64,000 nucleotides of DNA. Origin: Lama guanicoe (Eukaryota). The position numbers were made by a program, and so were the translations under genes. The notes beneath the pieces are model-generated. The model ran no database searches and was not told where the DNA came from. It saw nothing but the letters and a program-made list of their open reading frames with translations. The stretch covers positions 4,341,802 through 4,405,801 of the forward strand of contig MU054400.1 of NCBI GenBank assembly GCA_013239625.1, given 5' to 3'. Below are positions 12,542 through 24,572 of the stretch, in pieces (within the stretch, counting starts at the first letter, position 1; each line of letters starts with the position of its first letter).

Positions 12542-14714
12542 GAATATCTGCCAGAGCTAATTGGTAGTTCTCTGCTAGGGGGCGGGTTGTTAGGACTGTA
12601 ACAAGTCAGATAGAAAGATCACCAGAAGCAATTCAATTCAAATAGCCCTTAAATAAATACTAATGGAAAATATCCAAATGGACAACACCACCAAAGCAGT
12701 AGAGAGCTGCTATTCTCTTTAGATCAAGAAAAAAAAATCTACAAGTCGAACAATACAAGGGAATCATGATCTAATACACCCAATGTAGTAGGAATCAAAC
12801 TTTTCCTGTCGGAGGGAAACTGTATTGAGCCTAAACACTTCATGGGCCAGAAGGGCAGTCGATGTACAGGAAAATCCAGGAGAACAGAAAGGGTCATCAC
12901 TTGGCACAAGTGGAGAGAAAAATTTACATGGAAATGGGCACTTCTGACTCATCAATGGGAAAAGCTTGGATAAAGGGCGACTTTTCAAGAGGCCTGAGAC
13001 CAAGAGGCACCAAAATCAGAAGCAAAGACCTTCGTGGGTTTGCATGCAATGCTCGCCCTAGAGAAGTGTTAGGCTCAGTTAACGCCCATTGGTACTTTGT
13101 CTTGAAAGACAGAGCAGAATAAATTAATTACCAAATACAATAAATGACATTAAGTAAGAAAGCTTGGGAGATTCAACAAGTTTGAGAGAGAGGATGAGAC
13201 ACCTCCTGGAATCTCATGGGAGAGAAATGAGAATGCTATTGCAGTGGCCTTTTTATATCTTTTGTAATAAAAAATTAAAAATTGAGGTAATTAAAATATT
13301 ACTGTGAGACCCGTGAAATGCATTTTTCTGATGGTGCCATTATTCTGTGGCTGCACCCCATGGAGCCTGGCTGCAAATTTGGGAGTTACTCACTAGACCC
13401 TGGATTAAAACCATTGGCCTCCACCTAAGCCAAGTGCACATATTCTCCGTGGCCGGCAGACTGTTGACACTGTGGTGCAACAAATAATAATCAATCAAGC
13501 CCAAACCCTGATGGTTACTGGAATAGCTTGGAGAGCTAAAGAGCTGTCATGAAGACAAATAAGAGCTGTTGCTATTAATGGTAGAATGCAGGAGAGATGA
13601 ACTTTTGCAGTGCTTTTTGAGTTGCATATGACAATTTTGAGTATTGCTGAACTGAAAATTAGCTGCTGAACCCAACATCTTCTGATGGGCAGGTTTTCAA
13701 AATAGCAAGGTTTTTTGAGGTCAAGAGAAGGTGGGTGCTCGCACTCCCCAGATGAGTTGGAAGCTGTCACCCTGTACTGGCAGATGACGTGGCTGTGGCT
13801 ATGAGACTCAAAATTAAGCAAACTTTGGAATCACGGGTACAAATACTCACTACCAGAAACTTAAGAAATCAATGGTAGATATACTAGGGCCTGGAGAACA
13901 AGAATAAATACGGTTAGCGCGTGACCCAGAACTGGCATAAGGATGCCAAGGCTTGGAAACATACAGATGCTGCCATTTGTGTTTGTTGGCCTTCATCTTA
14001 AGGTTGTCTATGGGTTTAAAATTGTGGGCTTAAATTTGTGAAAGCCCAATTAGAGAGAATGAAACACCATGGATTGTTAATTACTTGGGGTGAGTTAATC
14101 AGCATGTGGATTAATTTCGTGGGTTGCCTCTAATTAAAGCTGTTCTCCCACTGCCCAATCAGCATGTCCTTAGCTACGATCAGTCTGCTTCTGGATAATG
14201 GGCAGTGGCTGTATTTTGTCTGAACCATAATGCAGGGTACCTGTGGCCATCACTTTATCTGCCCAGTGCTCTGGCAAGCAGAAAGTCCGTGAGCAGAGGA
14301 GTAGAGAATCTGAAGCAACTTCACCTTGACTTGGGGAGATCCAAGAAGATCTGAGCCCCATCATAAACCTGTAAGTAGAATCAGTTCCACTTTATTGATG
14401 ATGAAACTGAGTCTTGGATTTGAGTCAATTCCTAGCTCTCACCATATGACGATGCATATACTTCCTTCATAAGAAGACGAAGGTGCCAAATTGCATCAGC
14501 TGCTGGTTAGTCAGTCTTTTGGGGCATGTATGTTCCTAAATTGTGTTTCCTAATAGATCTGTTTACTGTCTGTCTCCTCCATCAACCTGAGTACCCCAGA
14601 GGGAGGGGCTATGTATGTCTTGTTCATGGTTCCATGCCCAAAGCCCAAGAAGTGTCCGGAAAACAGAGGTTTTCAGTATCTGCTGAATAAGTGCATCACA
14701 AAACATCCTTTTAA

Positions 14715-15140
14715 TGGACCTGGAGATTATCATACTAGGTGAAGTAAGTCAGACAGAGAAAGACAAATGTCATATGATATCACTTATATGTGGAATCTTA
14801 AAAAAAAAATGACATGAACGTATTTATAAAACAGAAGCAGACTCCCAGACATAGAAAACAAACTTACAGTTACCAAAGGAGAAAGGCTGGAGGGGAGGGA
14901 TAAATTAGGAGTCTGGGGTTAGCAGGTACAAACCACCATATACAAAATAGGTAAACAACAAGGACCTATTGTACAGCACAGGGAACTATATTCAATAGCT
15001 TATAATAACCTATAATGAAAAAGAATATGAAAAAGAATATATATATATATGTATAACTGAATCACTATACTATAAGGCAGAAACTAATACAACATTGTAA
15101 ATCAAGTATATTTCAATAAATATATATATATATTTATAAA
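14715..15140 (+). mobile_element. 5'-truncated young L1 3' end
   Basis: ATGGACCTGGAGATTATCATACTAGGTGAAGTAAGTCAGACAGAGAAAGAC...GTATATTTCAATAAA followed by an AT tail. Confidence 0.95.
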
Positions 15141-15260
15141 GACACATGTATAATCTTTTTTAAATCAATTTGTCCTCTCCCCAGCTACCCTAGTTTTTCT
15201 TATTTGGAGGTTTAGCATTAATCAAATGGGTCCTTATACCTAGATAACCATTAACAGGTT

Positions 15261-15783
15261 TATTACCGAGTCCAAACTCGCTCTGTCTGCTCGCTGCTTG
15301 AAAAACCAATAAATCAGGAGATGAAGTGTTGGGGCAAGGAATAACGACTTTATTCAGAAAGCCAGCAGACCAAGTAGATGGCAGACTAATGTCCTGGAGA
15401 GCCATCTTCCCCAGGCCAGAATTCGGGCTCCTTTTTATACTGAAAAGGGGACGGGATGTGTTTGGTCATTGCAAACTTCTTGGTGTCGGAATCCTTTGTT
15501 CTTGCAGCTGTCCATGTGGGTCAGGTCATGGTGTCCCTGTAAACCTCCCACAAAACAAATGTTATTTTCTATTCTGCAACTTTTTATCTTTATATGAATG
15601 GAAAACTGTTAATACCCTTAAAGGTCAGAGCCTTGAGAATGGGCTCTCCTGTGTCTTTCAGGCTCTAGGCAGCATTCTTTTCCCAAAGGTGCCACATGAC
15701 GAAGCCCGGGAAACAGAGCACAGGGTTAGAGCCAAAGGAGCAGTTCTACTACTATGGAGTCAGCTTTGTTCTTCCCTATTACA
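15261..15783 (-). mobile_element. ERV1 solo LTR, MER41-like (cetartiodactyl type)
   Basis: Reverse strand begins TGTAATAGGGAAGAACAAAGCTGACTCCAT; TATA-like TATAAAA (plus CTTTTTATA ~15431) upstream of AATAAA (plus TTTATT ~15349); subfamily name from memory. Confidence 0.75.
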
Positions 15784-17000
15784 CAGTATCAATGATCTCC
15801 TTAAAGCGTTCACTTGTGTTGACTCACCACCATCTCTAGCTAATGAAACATGATTCCTCCTAAAATGTGTTTTGTCTCTCTGGCTCACCAAAGGGGCGAC
15901 TTGTAAGACAAAACTTGTAAGACACAACTTACAAGCTAACAGTAAACATACCTTGCTAAGAAAAATAGGGCCGTTGGCACAACCAACATACATTCAAGTC
16001 GACAGCAGAATTTTGCTTTTTACTTTAGAAGCCAAAAGCCCTACATTTGGACTCAGAAACCTATGTTCTGATTCCAGCCCCATGACTTTGGGCACTCCAC
16101 CCTCTTGAGCTTCAGATTCCTTATATGTCCAATGGGGAATAGTTCTTGTTCTGCTTACTTTCCCTTAGTTACCATGAGGGAAAAGAAATTATGGGAACAG
16201 CAAGTATCAAAGCTTAGATCAATGTATCAGTCACTCAGCCATTCATGTAACAAACATTTCCTGGATGTATATCCGGTGCAGGCAACCTGCTAGGTCTTGT
16301 GGCTACAAGCTTTCACTCTAGGGGAAGAAGATTCTGGACTGAAAATCAGTCTGGCTTGTTGCATGGTTAATAACATGAACTCTGTTGGATTTCTCTTTAG
16401 GACTCAGTATATATATAAACAGAGTTGAATAATTTGGAAAGTTCTGGGTGTCTCATCTTGTATTTGGCCAGAGAATGCATGGAAACAAAGCGGGAAACAA
16501 AGCAACCAAAAATGAATCAATGGAGCCCAGCTTGGATGGGGCACGTGGAGGGAAACCCTGGTTGTCAAGAGAGTGGCAGTTTCCATGACAGCAATATGGT
16601 TTCACTGTCTCAGCAGAAGGAAAACAGACTCATTCTGAGCTACAGCTATGACCTACATGGCCCAGCCCGTTCTGCCCTCCATGCACAACCTACTCAGATC
16701 TCAGATTAGGCAACTGATCAGCGTGCCTGGTGTTTACCGGCTGGTGGAGGGGCGGGAGCTGGCACAGGCGTGCTCCATAGCAGGAGTTATCTACTGCCAC
16801 CTGTAGTCCTTCTGGGACCCTTCTATTTCCTCCCATTCAGATGCATAGCTTTTCATGTGTGCAATAAATTTTCTGCTTTCTGTGAAGTTCTTATGAGAAC
16901 TTCTGGGATCTGGGACCCTCTGCTGCAGTGTTTGCACAAGCTGAGACCTGGGACCCTGGGCTGAAATGCATGCACTGGGAAGCAACGAATACAAAGAAAC

Positions 17001-17392
17001 TGTAAGGGACTAAAAATAACTCTGTACATGCACAGTTGGGACAGTCAAGAAGAACAAGATACAAAAGGACCAGAAATTCAATTGCCATTTCTGAAATGTC
17101 CCAAGCAAAAGCAGGGTACTGTGCATGATCCCTGCATACATCACCACCAAGGGGGTGGGCAGAACGCCTAAGCCACCCTTCCAGTCTTGCCCCCGGACCA
17201 GCCCCTATCCTCACATTATTTAAGGGACCAGCTTGTCCCCCTCCCCCTCAGGGAGCCAGCAGGGGAAACTGTTACTTGTTTTTGCTCCCTCCTGGTACAG
17301 CAGGAGTTCCAGGAAAGACTTGCCTGAATTTCTCCTCTGGCCTCTTACCAATTTCTCCTGATTGAGAAGCCCAAGAACCCTGGTGGGTAACA
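17001..17392 (+). mobile_element. ERV1-type solo LTR
   Basis: TGTAAGGGAC...GGTAACA termini (TG...CA), ~390 bp, TATA-like TATTTAAG at ~17217, U5-like CTTGCCTGAATTTCTC. Confidence 0.8.
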
Positions 17393-17844
17393 GTCATGAG
17401 ACTAACCACCACCACAAGCATCCCCGCTGGCCGCCTTCACTGGGAACAGGCTCCTACTCTCAGAGTTGTTATTCTTAGCGTTCGGGACTCTGAGGCTGCC
17501 ATCCTGCAGTGCTTCATAATCTGATCTTTGACTTTGTGTTTCGTCAAGGAGGCCTGATGGGACAACAGAGCACGCGCAGGAACTTGGAAACTTGCGCATC
17601 CTGGGTCCAGCTTCCCATTGCCTCTTTGGGAACGTGTTCTTGGCCTTCCCCTCCCTACTCTCTGGAGTTCTGGGTCCTCCCCAGCCTCCGTCAGCTCCCA
17701 CCCAGCAAGTGCCCCTGGCAGGGAACTGGGAACAGAATAGGGATCGCTGGGGTGTCACGTGCGGCCACGTCAGAGGGACCAGGGGAAGGGCAGGGGCAAC
17801 GTGGCAGCCAGTGGGCTGTGCATGCGCGTGTAGGGTGGGAATTA

Positions 17845-17970
17845 GCTTCATTTTCAAGATGAGGGAACAGAGGCTCAGAAAAGTTAACTGACTTGCCCAA
17901 GACACGGAGCTGGTGTCTGAGGCAGGGTCAGGATGCACACTTGGGTTGCTGGGCGCTAAACCCCACACCC
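17845..17970 (-). mobile_element. MIR fragment
   Basis: CATTTTCAAGATGAGGGAACAGAGGCTCAGAAAAGTTAACTGACTTGCCCAAG. Confidence 0.85.
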
Positions 17971-18649
17971 TCTTTGTTCCCAGACCTGGATATGGAGGTT
18001 TTGTAAGGAGGGAAAAATGCCATGGACCACAACTAAAATCATCTTTATTATAATATCACTAAAATGTGTAAGAATCTAAACCTACGAATTACCTCTTTAG
18101 GCTTGATGTAAGTTCTCGGGTTGAATGCAAATGAAAGTACAAAATAAATTAAGTTCCAGTTAGCAATAATAATGTAATAGATGGTGTTTTGAGCTCATTA
18201 AATCAAAGTAACTCAACTACTTTGAATTGAATTAATATTTAGTTTAATTATGGGGAGATGTCCATTCACAACTTATTCTGTATTTAATTTCTGAATTTTG
18301 ACTTTAGTTATGCACACGTAGGGAATTCTTAAATGCATGAGCATGTAGTATAAAATCATGTTAATCATTTGAAGGTGTTTTTATTATTTTGTTTTGTTTT
18401 ATCTCATTATTATTACTGTATTTCCAGTGGAAGGTTATCAGACTTCATGCTTAACAAAATGCTTAACAAAAATCACCACTCTTGATGGTGAGTTGATGGT
18501 GACCAGAAGTCACAGTAGGGATTGAAAACGACTTTCTATTCTGCCCGGTGGGGTGAGGATGAGGACAGATTGAAATACTTCTTGGCTGCTTGAATTTGTG
18601 GCATGTTTCATGCTCTGCACGGAATCCGAGCTAACATACGATGTTTCAG

Positions 18650-18860
18650 GGTGCCACACGCCAGGCTATGTACTTGTCCTGAAGCACTCATCCCATCCTC
18701 ACAGCAGCTCTGTGCATTTGCTAGTTTTGTTTTGCCCATTGCACAGATGAGGAAAATGAGGCTGAGAGAGTTGGTGTCTTAGCTCAAGCGAGGGCTCCAT
18801 CAGGTGAGATGTGCCCCAGGCAGGCTGGCTGAAATGCCAGTGCCTTTAACTCAATGCTGT
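18650..18860 (-). mobile_element. MIR fragment
   Basis: CCCATTGCACAGATGAGGAAAATGAGGCTGAGAGAG. Confidence 0.8.
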
Positions 18861-18989
18861 AAGCTTCGCTCATAAAATAACTAGAGTATCACACTTAAGA
18901 GTACATGAGTAAGGGATCATCAGTTCAGTGTTTCTGCTGTAAATGTTGCAGTATTTCAAAGGAAAGAGAGGTTGATGAAGGCTGCAGAG

Positions 18990-19120
18990 AGGAATGTAAG
19001 CGCCACGAGGGCTGAAACCCTGGTTGATTTTGTTCAACACTGCATCCCAAGTACCTAGAACATCTCCTGGCCCATAGTAGGAACTTAGTATTTGACAAGT
19101 GAATGAATGAATAAATGAAA
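18990..19120 (+). mobile_element. L2 3' terminus
   Basis: TTGTTCAACACTGCATCCCAAGTACCTAGAAC...CATAGTAGG...GAATGAATGAATAAATGAA tail. Confidence 0.85.
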
Positions 19121-21697
19121 GACAAGGACATGGAATTCTGCCTTTTAGGATGACAGGATTTTCGAGGATCCAAAGGAAAGCCATTCCCACTGAGCTAAAC
19201 ACCACTTGGCCAAATTACTTTGCAAATGGTTAGGGACTGGGTAGGGTGGAACACTGCTTGACACATTTCCAAAATGGGCTCATAATCCTCACTGGTGTCC
19301 TCTTCCAAGCCCTGATCACTTCCGTGAAGGAGAAGGAATCCTTTCTGATTCTGAAATGCAGGTAGACTCCATTAGCACAAAGTGATATTTTGGGTAAAGA
19401 AGAGATAAGCCAAGGTAAATACCTCGATTAATGACAACAGATCCAGATGTTTAGCAGAGACTTACGTTTTGATTGTCCATAAGCGTATAACTGCTCATTA
19501 TGCCTTCATTAAAGAGTTTCAAGGGATCCCCAGGCGAATTATAATGATTAAAAGTAATGCAAAGCAAAGAGCTTCTGGATACACCTCTCTGAACACAAAG
19601 ACTCTTCTTAGCAGGAGGTGGCAGCTCAACTCTAGAATTCTCATAAAATGGTCTAAGACAAGGAGAAGTCTAGTGTAGGGAGTTTTTAGGGTAGAAAATA
19701 CACGGTAGGGTGAATTCAGGAAGATTCACTTTACAATAAAGCTGTAAGGAGATGTAGCAGTATGTTTCTCAGATCCTGACAAGGAAGTCGCTTTATTTCT
19801 GTTTTACTGCTGGGGCAAGTCAGACACAGAACACTTAAGGGATTTGCCCTAGGACAGCAGACCTAAATCTCCTAATGCCATCCCCAAATCTAGGGAGAGA
19901 CACCGTGACCCAAGAGAGAGACTGAAGGAGGAATCCCCTATTCACATTCTATGACAGTCTGCAACTGAAATTAATGGTGAAATGGAAAAATATAGTCTAT
20001 ATTTATTGCTCATTTCCTATATGAACTCAACTGACCTTCTAGCTTCTCTAAATGAGAAGTCTGACATTTCCCTTGGCAGTATGTATTGCTGGGGAGATAA
20101 GATAAATTGGAATTCCTGAGATGATCTGGGATACTTATCAGCAGAAACAGCTTCCAGGGAAATGTCTGCTTTCCATCTCTTGGAAATTAAGAAACCACTG
20201 ACAGGAAGAAATTTTGGAATTTGATAATAAGAAGGCGGCATGTACCACAATATTCTAGGGCGTATATGCTCGGTGTAAACAGAAACTGATCTGCATAACA
20301 ACAGAGAATCATTGAAACACCATTGCCTGCCGGCTCCTGCCTTAGCTCGGCCATTCTGTCCGCCCAGAGCAGCAGGATTGTTATGTTAAAGGCTCCCTGT
20401 CCTGTCTGTGCCCATTGGGCCATTGTCACTTGGATGTAAACGCTGACACTTTTCCTGACATCTGCTCCAACAACAAGTATCCTTTACAGCTGGCGAGGGA
20501 AAGAAATGTTGGTGCGGACTCTCAGTATCTAGGGAGATAGTCTACAACGGCAGTGGATTCGGTCCCACTTTTGGGACTTTCGGGTAATGTCCACCGCTGC
20601 CCCTCCGGGGACGCCAATGGCAGCGATACTGGCAGTGCCCCACAGAGACCATGTACGCTTTTTGATTCTTTCCCAGCATTAAATTTAATCCTCAAAGGCA
20701 AACACTCATTTCACTTGCTCACTTCCCTAAGACTCGGTGCTAAAATTCCAGCATATTTTTGTGCTGTACAATTTGAAACTGTTAATTGGTCCAGGGTAGT
20801 AGGGCAGAGGGGCCAGAAAAGCTGCAGAAAAGCCCTTGCTGACAGTACCAACTTCACAAATTTGGCGCTAAAGGCAGGAAACTCAAAAGCATCAAATACA
20901 GTCTCACAAAGTCTATCTTGATTTAGACAAGTTTTTTGCACTTGCGTTCAGATGTGAATTCCGATGGTGAGTCACATGAATTACACACAGAAAGATCTCC
21001 ATGGAGGTGAGATGACTCTGCCTATTCTCAGGGAGAATGGCCGGCACGTGCTGCAGGCAGATGGCGTAACTACACTGGCTTCTCTGAAACACAAATCCCG
21101 CCGTGTTGCTCTCCTGCTTAAAACCTTGCCCTGGTTCCTTTTAACATTAATACATATTCGTCAGGATCCTATGGGTAGCAAGACACAAAAACCTAACTTA
21201 AAAGGGTTGAGATGAAAAGGATGTTTCTTGGCTTATGGGGCTGAAAATTCCAAGGCGTGGGATGGATTCCAGATGGATCCGGGAGTTCAAATATTACTGC
21301 CAAGAATTTGTCTATCTCAGGGTGGGGTCGGGAGCCAGGCAAAGTTGAGTGTCTGGGACGCAGGTTTTGAGGCACTGAGTTGTGTAAGTGAGCTGACCCT
21401 GTTCTGGCAGGGTCCTGGGAGCCAGAGCCTGCTTGCGGGGCTGTGCCTTCTTATATTTGCACCTGAGGCATCTTGCTGGCCTCACCCCTCAAGGCCCTGA
21501 GCCACCTCCATCTCTCAGTTCTGGTTTTTGCATGACTTCTTTTTCTGGTGAGTGCTTCCCTTGCAGTGGCCGGAAGGTTCAAACATCATTCTATCCCTTT
21601 AGCAAACCTTCCCCTTTCCATTTATGCCGCCCTCAAAACCCTTGTCTCGTAATTTCAGGCAGGAGCAATTCCAGAATTTGGCTCTGATTAACCTGGG

Positions 21698-22182
21698 TGT
21701 GGCAGAATCATGTGAAACTACGTGTTCCCCTAGTTATTCCCTTTTGCTCCTGAGCATACAGCTGAACTACGTTTCCCAGGTCCCTCGCATCTAAGTTGGG
21801 CTATATAGAGTGATCTCCACGTCCCCTCCCTCTCCACTCGTTGACTGGCTGGTACAGGACTCAGCAGGTGGCTCCAAGGTCCCAGAGGACCCTGAGGTCC
21901 CAGGGTAAGACACAGCCATTGGTGAAAGGAGCCTGGATCACCAGTTGGAGCCATCATTTGGAGGAAACCATCCTGAAGAGCCACCCAATCAGGAATAGAT
22001 GCATTTTTTTTTAATGGAAGTACTAGGGATTGAACCCAGGACCTCATGCGTGGTAAGCATGCATTCTGCCACTGAGCTATACCCACCCCACCCCTGTTGG
22101 TCTCTTTGTGAGAGAGAAACCAAGCACTGAGACTTGGGGATGGTTGGTCCAAAAGCTAGTGATTCTTGTCCTGTTTAATCCA
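21698..22182. mobile_element. MaLR LTR (MLT1F/G/H-like) nested in the older LTR
   Basis: TGTGGCAGA start, CTACGTTTCCCAGGTCCCTCGCATCTAAGTTGGG, GGAGCCTGGATC, ends ...TTTAATCCA. Confidence 0.7.
22003..22090 (-). mobile_element. Camelid tRNA-derived SINE (vic-1-like, short form)
   Basis: TTTTTTTTTAATGGAAGTACTAGGGATTGAACCCAGGACCTCATGCGTGGTAAGCATGCATTCTGCCACTGAGCTATACCC. Confidence 0.9.
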
Positions 22183-22889
22183 TTAGGTATGTGCTTGCTC
22201 CTGAATGCGTTACTGTTGCCAGAAAGGATGGGGTATTCTGCCTGGCTAAGCCTGGGTCATGCAACCATCTTTGGAGCCCTGAGTTAGACAGAGCCCTGCC
22301 CCAAACCATACAGATGTACCCCAGGGAAGGGGCATTTCTCCAGAGGACAGTCCAGCTGCTGTTACCAGAAGAGGGAGGCAGGATGCTGGGAAGACAGAAA
22401 GACAAACAAACGAAGCCAGAAATTCACTACAGACCTGCCTAAAGCCCTTCAGGCCTGCCTCTGTAGCGTTGTTATAAGAATGCCCAAAATGGTGGGTCAT
22501 TCATAATAAGTTACTGAAAACTATGAAACCTTCAAAGCAAGAATGGGCCTTAGTTCATCTGCAACCCTTAGCACAGTCCTTCCACCTGGTGGAAATATTC
22601 AGGTGAATGAAGAAAGGAGTTCAGTCCAATTGTCCAACTGTGAACTAGACTCACTTTTCTAGAGTGTCTCTACGGGATGTCTAAATCTACTTCTTTACTC
22701 ATATCATTAACTAAGTCAGAAAGTCAGAAATATAGTCATCCCAAATGATCAGTGGCATCAATATTTCTGAACCATTTGTCTACTTTACACACCTCATTGT
22801 GTTGATAAAGCTGAAGGATAATTTCAGATATAAGGTGCTTATAATTTATTTCATAACAAAGGCATTATGATGCTTTATTTATACCAAGA

Positions 22890-23272
22890 ATGATATAGCT
22901 CATTTGTGGAATCTAAAAGAAAACAAAAGAAAAAGAAAGAAAAAAGAAGACACTAATGAACTTATCTACAAAGCATAAACAGATTCACAGATGTGGTAAA
23001 CAAAACTTTGGTTACCAGGGAGGGGAGAGGGGATGGGAAGGAATAAATTGGGAGTTCAAGAATTGCTAATATTAACGACTATATATAAAGTAGATTAAAA
23101 AAACAAATTTCTTCCGTGTACACAACTATATTCAGTATCTTGTAGTACCTATAGTGAAAAATAATATGAAAGTGAATATATGTGTGTGTATATATAGGAC
23201 TGAAACACTACACCGTGCACCAGAAATTGACATTGTAACTGACTATACTTCAATAAATTTTTTTTAAAAAAG
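22890..23272 (+). mobile_element. 5'-truncated young L1 3' end
   Basis: GCTCATTTGTGGAATCTAAAAG...GTAACTGACTATACTTCAATAAA. Confidence 0.9.
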
Positions 23273-24117
23273 AACTTACCTAAATGATTCATGTGTGCGC
23301 GTGTGTGTGTGTCAGGGAAAAAACAAGCTAAAAAAAAAAGATTTTAAAGTAAAAACATCTTTGTAGAAGTCAGATTTGTTCTTTGCTTTGTTTTTCCTTC
23401 CCTTCCGCATGGTTTGGGGGTCTCTGGAAGACCAGTCTCCAACACAGGGCTGATATGCGGGTGAAACTGTAAGCAAGGTCTCCGATTATATTGTGATCTT
23501 TCTTTCTCTCTTAAATAAAGATAATGTCCTCATTGTCTGGTTGAGACAGAAACTCCCCACCTCCCAATTTAAAAGGAAAAAAAGCAGCCCTGGCCAGGAG
23601 GTTTCTGAAGCCGCCATTGATAACATACAATGGCCTGTTCTTACGGGACGTTTCATGGCCCTTAAGTAAGGCACTGTTGTCTAATGTGATGAAAGAGTAA
23701 AAGACGGAAGCAGAGAACCTGAGGGTTCATCGGCTAAACTCGGTCCTGGCAGGGGACTGTGGGCACAAGCAGGAATCCTTAAATCGCAGGCCAGTTTTGT
23801 ATCTTAAGGAGGAGAAAAAGACAGACCTTCAAAGTAAGTATTTTCCAGCATCTGTGAGCTCCAAGGAGGGAGGGGGAGGAGCGGAAAAGGCGAGGGCACG
23901 AATGAACACTGCTAGGAACCAGAGCCAGAGCCCTAGGTGGCTTTGCCCCATCTCTCGTGGGCTGGTTGATATCAGTCCTCAGTGTCTCAGGCCGTAGCTG
24001 GGACCATTGTCCCGTTGCACAGAGGGAGGCACCCCATGCAGATGCAGTATGCTGAGCTGTACTTGCTTGACTCCACGCTGGAAAAATGAAGTTGCCACTT
24101 TCTGTCAGTTTGACCTA

Positions 24118-24572
24118 GGGTACAGTGGGCTGGATGATGCCCCCGCCCCCCAAAAAAGCTTTGTCTATGTCCTAATCCCTGAAACTTGTGAATGGGATTT
24201 TATCTGGGGAAAGATCTGCTGCTGATGTGTTGCAGTGAAGGATCTTGATAAAAGAAGCTTGTCCTGAACTATCCAGGTGGGCCCGAAACACAATCATGTG
24301 TCCTCATAAGACAAACACACCAAGAATAAGACACTCGAAGAAGAGGGGGACGCTGTGTGATGGGAGAGGCAGAGACTGGAGTGGTGCAGCTACTAGCCAA
24401 TGAGCACCAGCAGCCTCCAGAGCTGTCGTCAAGGAATAAAACCTCCCCTTGAGCCCTGGAGGAAGTACAGCCCTGACAACACCTTGATTTCAGCCCCCCG
24501 GCCTCTGGAACTATTGTTTTAAGCCACCCAGTTTATAGTAATTTGCTATGGTGACTCTAGGATACTAAAACG
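24118..24572 (+). mobile_element. MaLR LTR (MLT1-type)
   Basis: GTCCTAATCCCTGAAACTTGTGAAT...CACCTTGATTTCAGCC...TTTTAAGCCACCCAGTTTATAGTAATTTG. Confidence 0.88.

Larger units (their letters stand above)
21160..22430. mobile_element. Old MaLR LTR (MLT1J/K-like), interrupted at 21698-22182
   Basis: GCTCTGATTAACCTGGG resumes after the insert as ...GCCTGGGTCATGCAACCATC...GCTGTTACCAGAAGAGGG...GATGCTGGG. Confidence 0.6.

Noticed and set aside
15326..15853. 175-aa ORF
   Set aside because: Lies on the antisense strand of a solo LTR, has a non-ATG start and resembles no protein I know.
17402..17968. 188-aa ORF, the longest in the track
   Set aside because: Starts inside a MIR; GC-rich region with several overlapping ORFs on both strands; no recognisable domain.
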